The translations under genes were made by a program, and so were the position numbers. A stretch of DNA of 64,000 nt from Candidatus Nitrosotenuis sp. (GTDB taxonomy: Archaea > Thermoproteota > Nitrososphaeria > Nitrososphaerales > Nitrosopumilaceae), in contig JAENJF010000001.1 of the NCBI GenBank assembly GCA_016844685.1, positions 2,205-66,204 on the forward strand, read 5' to 3'. The notes under the pieces are model-generated. The model saw only the letters and a list, made by a program, of their open reading frames with translations. It was not told the DNA's origin and ran no database searches. Shown piece after piece: positions 39,701-46,919 of this stretch. Positions within the stretch are counted from its first letter, which is position 1; each line of letters begins with the position of its first letter.

Positions 39701-40590
39701 TTCAGTAGATTTTTAGAAGAACCAATAGTTTTTGAACTGGAGTCCGAACTTACAAAAATTGTTGCATCCATCCATTGATATTTTTCATCAAAAATTCTAT
39801 AGAATCCTGGTTCTTTGAATGTCACGCTCCAGGACTTGCCTGGTTGTATGTTGCCGCTTGAAATCTTCCCATCTGCGGTAAATGCCTCTTTTAATGTTTT
39901 GTTGTAGTTGTTGGATGTACCGCTCTTTAGACTGTGGGAAACTATGTCCTCGTTTACGAATGTAACTGTTCCGCCAGAGATAATTGATATTCTATTCTCT
40001 GAGAAGTAATTAAATAAAAATCTGCCTGCCTGCTCATTGTAGTTCGGTACTTCGGAGTTTGAGGAGCCTTTCAAAATACGAACCGTTATTTCGGTTTTTT
40101 TATTTTTATCAGTTGGTTTGATTGGAGTAAATTCTGAAACTTTTGTCGTGTAGATTAGTTTTGTTATTTTGTTTGAAGGATCGCTTAGTGTTGCAGTTAC
40201 ACTATAGATAGAATTGCCCGGGTTTTTTTCCACAAGATTTCCAAGTGCCTTAAATGTGAATTTTTTCCCACCGGCATCTGAAGCCTCAGAAGAAATTTTA
40301 AAGAATTGTCCATTTTTTAAAATTGTCCCCCTAAAGCCAGAAACAGTAAGATCTTTTCCGTTTATGTCAATTAGTCCATTTTGTAAGGCAAATTCGGATG
40401 TAGCACCCCTTTTAGCTATAGTAAACTGTAAATCAATAGTTGCAGTCAAGATAGAATTCTCAGATATTGCAAATCCGTTTCCTTCAAGTAAGAACGCTTT
40501 ATTTTCAGCAAGTTGGGCGTTTGCACTTTGAGTAGATATGCCAGCTAAAACGCCAAGCAAGATCAAGCTTGTCAAGTACGCGCGTCTCAT
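39697..40590 (-). CDS. secreted protein with C-terminal cupredoxin-like domain
   Basis: Signal peptide; GGTVTFVNED..SH...SG.I.PG.SWSVTF.EPG.Y...WM. Confidence 0.78.
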   Translation of the reverse strand: MRRAYLTSLILLGVLAGISTQSANAQLAENKAFLLEGNGFAISENSILTATIDLQFTIAKRGATSEFALQNGLIDINGKDLTVSGFRGTILKNGQFFKISSEASDAGGKKFTFKALGNLVEKNPGNSIYSVTATLSDPSNKITKLIYTTKVSEFTPIKPTDKNKKTEITVRILKGSSNSEVPNYNEQAGRFLFNYFSENRISIISGGTVTFVNEDIVSHSLKSGTSNNYNKTLKEAFTADGKISSGNIQPGKSWSVTFKEPGFYRIFDEKYQWMDATIFVSSDSSSKTIGSSKNLLN

Positions 40591-40669
40591 AGTATAATCA
40601 CCCCATGATTTCGTTTATAATTTACTAATGAATTGTTTTTGCCTATTCTACTAAATTTTATCACTTGGA

Positions 40670-41221
40670 TTAGTTTACTTTTGGAAGTGGTATGTCTGGG
40701 CTTGGAAATGTTTCAATCATGTATGCCTCGATAATTCCGCCCAATAACAGCAGTCCTATTACAATTCCTATCTCTAACACTATCTGCTTCCATTGTTGTA
40801 TGATGGGTGTTTTTTTGAAAATGTTTACTATCAAAAGAAAGCTTCGTGACATTCCAATGGAATATGCTGCAATCTCCATCAGTCCAAACGGCGTGGCAAA
40901 GATTATTGTTATTGGTGGGATGCTTGCCAAAAGTGGAGTTGTAGTAGCTAGTGCAGCAATCGCAAAGCCTGTGGAAAACGCAGAAAAGACCCCCCATCCA
41001 ACACCAAATCCTGGGATAAACATTGGTAATGCAATTTCTATATTATGAAGAAATATTTCAATTCCCAAATTTTCGCCCTTTAGTGTGTCTAGTATTTTGT
41101 TAAATTCGTCAAGGAATATACCAGCCTCTTCATTTGACACCTCCGTTTTTGCTCCAATAGAGAAAGCGGCTGAAAACACAGCTAAAAAGACAAAGAAAAA
41201 CAATATTCTCCGTTTTAGCAC
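40670..41221 (-). CDS. SpoIIM-family membrane protein
   Basis: IFLHN, PFGLMEIAAY, LLLGGIIEA. Confidence 0.82.
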   Translation of the reverse strand: MLKRRILFFFVFLAVFSAAFSIGAKTEVSNEEAGIFLDEFNKILDTLKGENLGIEIFLHNIEIALPMFIPGFGVGWGVFSAFSTGFAIAALATTTPLLASIPPITIIFATPFGLMEIAAYSIGMSRSFLLIVNIFKKTPIIQQWKQIVLEIGIVIGLLLLGGIIEAYMIETFPSPDIPLPKVN

Positions 41222-41280
41222 AACAAATTTTTTGTTGTAGATTATTTGAGTCTGTTGTTTTCCACAGATTTAATTAAAAC

Positions 41281-42729
41281 TTGTTTGTTGAAACCTTCAT
41301 TATGATAAAGGATGTCGGTTCTGCATTAGATTTTGCGTTAAACAGGGGCTTTCAGATCCACCCAAATGCACTTAGAATTCTAGAGCAGGTGGATGTAAAG
41401 GAATTAGAAAAAATCATCAAACAGGTTGTTCGAGAAAAAGAAAAGCAAAAACTATTTCTGATTAACCAGCAAGACCTTGAGGTTTTTTTGGGAATTATGG
41501 AAGATGAGATTCTGGATGATTCCCATGAAATTTTGTTTGATCCAACCTCAAAAATTGCCTCAGCCGAGGGAGTTGATGGGTTTACCGCGTTGTTCTCAAG
41601 CAGGTATGCCAAGCTAAAAAGGATCATATCAAATCGCCCAGAGTCAAAAATGCTCAAGTCTATTTCATCCATAATTTCGACAAAATCAAAGGAGGAAACC
41701 TATGTCTGCGGTCTTGTAACAGACAGAAAAACAGACAGAAATGTTACCAAGATAACCATGGATGATGCCACTGGATCAATTGAGACCATGGTTATTGATG
41801 AAGACTTACAAAAAGTCGCCTCTTCCTTACTGATGGATCAGTTTGTCATGGAAAAAATCATAGCTGCAAAAAACGGTGGTTTTATTGTCAAGGATATTAT
41901 TTTGCCAGACATTCCAGACCATCTGTCAAACCGCTCAAAAACTGAAACCTGCGCCCTGTTTTTGTCTGATCTTCACATAGGTAGTAAGTATTTTATGGAA
42001 AAAGAATTCTTGGAGATGATTTCGTGGCTTTCAGGCCCAGATCCAATTGCGCGAAGGGTGAGATTTGTAGTCTTGGGCGGTGATATCGTAGATGGAATTG
42101 GAATCTATCCAAACCAGGACAAGGAATTGATTGCTCTTGATACAAATGTACAGCTACAAATGGTGTTTGATATTTTGGACAAGATTCCAAAACACATTAA
42201 GGTTTTCATATCTCCTGGGAATCATGATCCTGGAAGGCGTGCGCTTCCCCAGCCAGCAATTCCTGCAAAATACAACCCCGGCCTTTGGGATAGAAAGAAC
42301 TTCCACATGATTGGCAATCCTGCTATGGTTTCACTAAATGGTGTCAAGATACTCATTTTCCATGGCCAAAGTATTGACGATATTGTAAAGACCACACCTG
42401 GATTAAGCTATGACAAGCCTGCAAAAGTCATGCAGTATTTGCTCAAGGCAAGGCATATGAGTCCAATTTATGGCAGTCAAACTCCGATCGCGCCAGAATT
42501 AGAGGATTTTATGGTAATTGATGAGATCCCAGACATTTTCCATGGGGGACACGTTCATGTTGTGGATTTGGACTTGTATAGAGGAGTTCTGATTCTAAAT
42601 TCTGGTGCCTGGCAGGCCCAAACACCATTTCAGACAAGTGTTGGAATTGTACCGACTCCGGGAATGGCAGTCCTGGTTAATTTGAAAACCTTCAAGGTTT
42701 ACACAAAAGACTTTACATTTAAAAATTAG
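41281..42729 (+). CDS. polD1: DNA polymerase D small (proofreading) subunit DP1
   Basis: SDLHIGS, GDIVDGIGIYPNQ, PGNHD, FHGQSIDD, GHVH phosphoesterase motifs; true start probably ATG 41302. Confidence 0.94.
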   Translation: MFVETFIMIKDVGSALDFALNRGFQIHPNALRILEQVDVKELEKIIKQVVREKEKQKLFLINQQDLEVFLGIMEDEILDDSHEILFDPTSKIASAEGVDGFTALFSSRYAKLKRIISNRPESKMLKSISSIISTKSKEETYVCGLVTDRKTDRNVTKITMDDATGSIETMVIDEDLQKVASSLLMDQFVMEKIIAAKNGGFIVKDIILPDIPDHLSNRSKTETCALFLSDLHIGSKYFMEKEFLEMISWLSGPDPIARRVRFVVLGGDIVDGIGIYPNQDKELIALDTNVQLQMVFDILDKIPKHIKVFISPGNHDPGRRALPQPAIPAKYNPGLWDRKNFHMIGNPAMVSLNGVKILIFHGQSIDDIVKTTPGLSYDKPAKVMQYLLKARHMSPIYGSQTPIAPELEDFMVIDEIPDIFHGGHVHVVDLDLYRGVLILNSGAWQAQTPFQTSVGIVPTPGMAVLVNLKTFKVYTKDFTFKN

Positions 42730-43931
42730 ATAATATCTTCTAGTGTAACTTCGTTTTTAAAAGTATCCTTTACTGTTTCAGGCGAAATGGTAAGTGTGAA
42801 TTTTTTTGTTCTTCCGTGGATTCCCTGATGGACAATTTTACCAGAAATTATTCCAGACATTTCTATTTCGCCAAGCATTTGAGTGACCCTCCTTTGTGTG
42901 AGTTCCTTTTGCCGTATTGCCTTACAGAGGTTTTTGTAGGCTGAAAAGATCGCACCTGTTGACAAGCCAGATGCCTTCATTACGGCTATAATTAGTAGTT
43001 TTTCGTGGAGTGGATATGATTTGAGGGCTGTTACTTCCTTATCTTCCTCCATTTTTTGAGATGCTATTCTCACATGTTCTTCTTTTACGGTTTCCGATTG
43101 TTGTCTTTCGGCAATCTCCCCCGCCACCCTCAATAAGTCGATTGCCCTCCTCGCGTCGCCGTGCTCACGTCCCGCCATCGCTGCACAGAGGTTCAGCGCT
43201 GATGCCTCAACTACATCATCTAAAAAGGCTGCCTTGATTCTATCTAATAGAATTTCTTTTAGTTGATTAACATCATAGTTGGTAAAGACTATCTCTTCTT
43301 CGCCTAATGAACTGATCACGCGTCCATCAAGCCTATCTTTGAAGGTAAGATCGTTTGATATCCCAACTAGTGTTATGCTGCCCCCCTTTAGCCTCTCGTT
43401 TGCCCTTGTTAGTTGGTAAAGAATGTCTTTCCCCGTTTTTGATACTAGGTGCGCCAGATAGTCTATTTCGTCTATAACAAGTATGATGTTGTATTGATTT
43501 TCTTCGATTGATTTTAGGAGGCGGTTGAAGACTACGCTTGTTGCTAGGCCTGTCGGTGGCAGGTCTTCTTTTTCTAAGCCAAGTTGTCTGCCAATACTAA
43601 CAAGTAATCCATAAAGGGTTGTTTCGTCTTTAGAATTTGTATAGATTAGTTTTATTGGAAAGTTTGATTTTTCGACCCGCTGTTGAATTTTAGTTAGTAT
43701 TTTTTTTACAACTAGTGTTTTACCAGTGCCCGGTTTTCCATAAATTAGAAGGTTTGACGGTCTTGATTGTTTTAGTATAGGAAGTAAGGATTGGGTAAGC
43801 TTTTCTTGCTCGTCCTTTCTGTGTAAAATCACGTCTGGAAGGTAGGTAAAATGTAAAACGTTCCTGTTTTTTATGATTGATTTGCCGCTCTCTGCAGCAT
43901 CTAAAAGTCTGTCTATTGGATCATCATTCAA
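42726..43931 (-). CDS. cdc6: Orc1/Cdc6 replication initiator
   Basis: YGKPGTGKT, IDEIDYL, GDARRAIDLLR, C-terminal winged helix with GRT. Confidence 0.96.
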   Translation of the reverse strand: MNDDPIDRLLDAAESGKSIIKNRNVLHFTYLPDVILHRKDEQEKLTQSLLPILKQSRPSNLLIYGKPGTGKTLVVKKILTKIQQRVEKSNFPIKLIYTNSKDETTLYGLLVSIGRQLGLEKEDLPPTGLATSVVFNRLLKSIEENQYNIILVIDEIDYLAHLVSKTGKDILYQLTRANERLKGGSITLVGISNDLTFKDRLDGRVISSLGEEEIVFTNYDVNQLKEILLDRIKAAFLDDVVEASALNLCAAMAGREHGDARRAIDLLRVAGEIAERQQSETVKEEHVRIASQKMEEDKEVTALKSYPLHEKLLIIAVMKASGLSTGAIFSAYKNLCKAIRQKELTQRRVTQMLGEIEMSGIISGKIVHQGIHGRTKKFTLTISPETVKDTFKNEVTLEDII

Positions 43932-44397
43932 TAAATCTCACACACCTATCTTTCCAGTCCTTAACCATTTCATCTAACAATGAATTAGTTATGTTTAGAA
44001 TACAATTAGTAGTTGTAGTTTAGTTTGTAATTAATTATTTTTAATTTATTTTTCAAAAAAAATTGAAAGAAGAAGAGAGTGGAAGTATTGGTGGGGGGGT
44101 AATTAACAATTAGTTAAGGAATTGTTAAGAAAACACCAAGAAAAGCCAATTTTGACCCCATAATTTCGAGTCCAGGCGTGGAGAATGGCATTAACAATGT
44201 TAACAAGCCAAAATAGACTCCTTTATTTCCACTCCAGGCATGAAACGGGAGTCATTCTTGTTAATTAGGGAAAGCTAATTTGTTAACATGTAAAGGTTGG
44301 CTAGGTGTGAGCCGCACAGTCAACGTTAACAACCCCAATTGTTAACAATTCCAAGAGGATCTGTTCAATTGTTAACTAGTTAACACGATCGATCACG
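43932..44397. other. oriC: probable chromosomal replication origin oriC
   Basis: Non-coding stretch upstream of cdc6 with four ORB-like boxes: 43941-43960(-) GGACTGGAAAGATAGGTGTG, 44077-44100(+) GAGTGGAAGTATTGGTGGGGGGGT, 44154-44173(-) GGACTCGAAATTATGGGGTC, 44216-44235(-) GGAGTGGAAATAAAGGAGTC. AT-rich tracts at about 43975-44070 and 44101-44153. Confidence 0.85.
44191..44386. repeat. array of GTTAAC palindromes
   Basis: Exact GTTAAC at 44199, 44282, 44325, 44341, 44371 and 44379, plus TTAAC/GTTAA half-sites at 44103, 44113, 44124, 44191 and 44260. Confidence 0.8.
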
Positions 44398-44787
44398 ATG
44401 GCTAAGAAGCGCATACGTATTGATCTGGAAGACTCGGATGGTGCAAAGTACAACTTCAACATAGAAGGAAACATCACCAGAGATAAGGTATTGAAGATAT
44501 TTGAAATGATGAATCTACTAAACATTGAAGACCAAGGGGAAGCACCACAACTGGATTCGGTTGGCGCAAAAATATGGCATATTGTAGACAAGTATTTTCC
44601 AATGGGCAAGTTTACCTCAACTGAGATACTAGAGAAATTTGAGGACGAGTACAACGAGCCGATAAAACTTAGCATAATTTCGACATATTTAGCCAGGTTT
44701 AACACCAAGGGGAGGATAGATCGCTTGCGAAACGGCAGAGAATGGGTTTACCAGATAGCCAAAGTAGCACAAAAGCGGCCCGATTAG
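44398..44787 (+). CDS. origin-adjacent protein with C-terminal winged-helix-like domain
   Basis: FTSTEILEKFEDEYNEPIKLSIISTYLARF..KGRIDR.RNGREWVY. Confidence 0.8.
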   Translation: MAKKRIRIDLEDSDGAKYNFNIEGNITRDKVLKIFEMMNLLNIEDQGEAPQLDSVGAKIWHIVDKYFPMGKFTSTEILEKFEDEYNEPIKLSIISTYLARFNTKGRIDRLRNGREWVYQIAKVAQKRPD

Positions 44788-44939
44788 GAAATTATAGCCC
44801 TTTTTAGAACCAAGGAATCTTCTTGGAGGCTGACTTTAACATAATCCCCCCTCTGCATTCCCAAGTATTTCCTAAACTGCTTTGGTATGGATATGGTTCC
44901 CGTAGCCGTGATCTTGACCAACTCCTCATTTTCTGACAT
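44784..44939 (-). CDS. AbrB/MazE/SpoVT-family DNA-binding protein (51 aa; not in ORF track)
   Basis: Hand translation MSENEELVKITATGTISIPKQFRKYLGMQRGDYVKVSLQEDSLVLKRAIIS; G.I.IPK..R..LG...GD.V signature. Confidence 0.88.
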   Translation of the reverse strand: MSENEELVKITATGTISIPKQFRKYLGMQRGDYVKVSLQEDSLVLKRAIIS

Positions 44940-45053
44940 GTATTATAATTTTATAATCTATAATATTTAAAAATTACTAAAAAATAATTTTGTAACAAAA
45001 AATGACCCACCTAACAAGAAATTCTAAAAACCAAAACTAAGTGATTATCTAAA

Positions 45054-45611
45054 TTAGACTGTAACTGCCAGTCCGGGGGATCCCAACTTAGTCTTTCCCT
45101 TTTCAGTTATTTTGTAAGTGAATGGTTTCATCTTAGTATTCCTTTCTACCAAACCTTCCTCAAAAAGCCTCTTCATGAGCCTTGATGTGTGCTCCCGACT
45201 CCTTCCTATTGTGACTTGGATGTCATGTGACGTCATTTCATTGAGTGTGATTAATCCTAACACATGTTCTGCAACACCACTAAAATCCATATTAGGCATT
45301 CTTGGCTTCTGAACCGGCTTTTCAGGCTCCTTTTTGACCACAATCTCCTCTTTTTTCTCAATTATGGGCCCTATTTTCTCCAAAACCGTCTCAACTGGAG
45401 GACTTTCTTCCAAATCTAGCACATCCATACGTATTTTCATGTCAATTAACTGCCTTTCATAGTACTCCATACGTGATACATAGGAAGGATCTGGACCTTT
45501 TTGGTTCGTAAGTGACTTGATTTTATTGTAAATGAGCATGCCAAATATGCCTACAAAGAACGCAATTATCACACCTATAATGATCTGGGGGTCTGGAACC
45601 TCTACTAACAT
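45054..45611 (-). CDS. membrane-anchored coiled-coil + MarR-type winged-helix protein
   Basis: TM IIIGVIIAFFVGIFGMLIY, coil RMEYYERQLIDMKIRMDVL, wHTH MTSHDIQVTIGRSREHTSRLMKRLFEEGLVER...YKITEKG; start taken at ATG 45611. Confidence 0.82.
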   Translation of the reverse strand: MLVEVPDPQIIIGVIIAFFVGIFGMLIYNKIKSLTNQKGPDPSYVSRMEYYERQLIDMKIRMDVLDLEESPPVETVLEKIGPIIEKKEEIVVKKEPEKPVQKPRMPNMDFSGVAEHVLGLITLNEMTSHDIQVTIGRSREHTSRLMKRLFEEGLVERNTKMKPFTYKITEKGKTKLGSPGLAVTV

Positions 45612-45742
45612 CACTAAAAATGATAAATTGTTGTGATTTATTGTGATTGGCCAACATAATTTCACACTCTACATCAACACCAATATCATTTACTGTCACA
45701 TCACTCAAGTTAAGGCTGGCACAAATTATGTGACACATCACA
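45608..45742. repeat. array of TGTGA/TCACA (ACATCAC) boxes
   Basis: TGTGA at 45632, 45642 and 45729; TCACA at 45662, 45696 and 45738; ACATCAC at 45608, 45698 and 45735. Confidence 0.7.
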
Positions 45743-46100
45743 TTCCACATGCCTGAGTAACCAATTTGTCTATAATGTTTATCACTTGTTCTTCTCTTTC
45801 AGGGAAAACATCACTATCTTTTATCACAGAAACCTGTTCTGCGAGCCTAGATATCACATCAATGTCATCTGGAAGCAAAACTCCTAAACCTCGAAATAAA
45901 ATTATTGAATAATATAGACCCATTAGCTTGTCCCTTGACTGGCCTACTTGCCTAAAATAAGCGCCCTTTGAGATGCCAAAGTCGAACTCGGACAGGTTCT
46001 TCCGATTTAAAATAATTTTAACTTGTTTCTCTGTAAACAGTGATTTTTTGATAATTTGACGAATAATATTGTTTAAATTAGAATTCTCAATCTCTACCAT
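45738..46100 (-). CDS. hypothetical protein, possible HTH
   Basis: SLFTEKQV.I...ISKGAYFRQVGQSRDKL pattern; co-oriented with and upstream of the TM-wHTH gene. Confidence 0.72.
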   Translation of the reverse strand: MVEIENSNLNNIIRQIIKKSLFTEKQVKIILNRKNLSEFDFGISKGAYFRQVGQSRDKLMGLYYSIILFRGLGVLLPDDIDVISRLAEQVSVIKDSDVFPEREEQVINIIDKLVTQACGM

Positions 46101-46165
46101 AGCTATACAGATCTGTATACCATCATATCAATTAAACTTTAAAACAGTCATTTCGAACCACAGGT

Positions 46166-46918
46166 ATGGGAAAAATCGAAGAATACCTTTATGCGTCACG
46201 AAGGAAAAAGGCGGCACTAATCTTTGTATTAATTGATTCTGAAGTATCAAAGATCAGAGAATCTGTAAAACTGGCAAAAAGTGTGGAAAAAATTGGCGCG
46301 TCAGTCATACTTGTTGGAGGCTCTTCTGCAACTGATCAGATAGAGATGGCACAAGTTGTAAAAACCCTGAAAAAATCTCTAAAAATTCCAATAATTCTAT
46401 TTCCAGGAAACATAACTGGCGTAGTTCCACAAGCTGATGCTATTTTGTTCAGCTCGCTTTTGAATTCGGAAAACCCATACTACATAACACAAGCTCAGGC
46501 CCTTGGGGCACCAAACGTCTTAAAGTTTGGACTAGAGCCACTTCCTACCGCCTATATAATAATCGGCGAGGGAACAACTGCCTGGTTTGTAGGTGCTGCA
46601 AGGGCAATTCCATTTGACAAGGCAAACATTGCTGCTGCATATTCACTTGCAGCCCAGTTTTTGGGCATGAGGTTTGTTTACCTTGAGGCAGGCTCTGGCG
46701 CAAAGCAAAGCGTTCGTCCAGAGATGGTAAGGGCGGTTCGAAAGGTCTTCAGGGGCTTTCTTATCGTAGGGGGGGGCATAAGAGATGTTAATACGGCAAA
46801 AGAGATAGTTGCAGCAGGAGCAGACGCCCTGGTGATTGGAACAATGCTTGAAAAAGAAGGTAACAGCCTCAAAAAACTAGCCGAAATAGCAAATAGTATC
46901 AAGAACATTAGGAAATAG
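46166..46918 (+). CDS. geranylgeranylglyceryl phosphate synthase
   Basis: LVGGSS, ILFPGN, YLEAGSGA, IVGGGIR. Confidence 0.93.
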   Translation: MGKIEEYLYASRRKKAALIFVLIDSEVSKIRESVKLAKSVEKIGASVILVGGSSATDQIEMAQVVKTLKKSLKIPIILFPGNITGVVPQADAILFSSLLNSENPYYITQAQALGAPNVLKFGLEPLPTAYIIIGEGTTAWFVGAARAIPFDKANIAAAYSLAAQFLGMRFVYLEAGSGAKQSVRPEMVRAVRKVFRGFLIVGGGIRDVNTAKEIVAAGADALVIGTMLEKEGNSLKKLAEIANSIKNIRK

Positions 46919-46919
46919 T

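Noticed and set aside
44191-44386. GTTAAC array considered as a CRISPR or mini-CRISPR
   Set aside because: Units are only 6-9 bp with irregular spacing, there is no repeat-spacer periodicity and no cas genes are present
44784-44939. AbrB gene as the antitoxin of a toxin-antitoxin pair
   Set aside because: No PIN, MazF or other toxin ORF adjacent or co-oriented downstream
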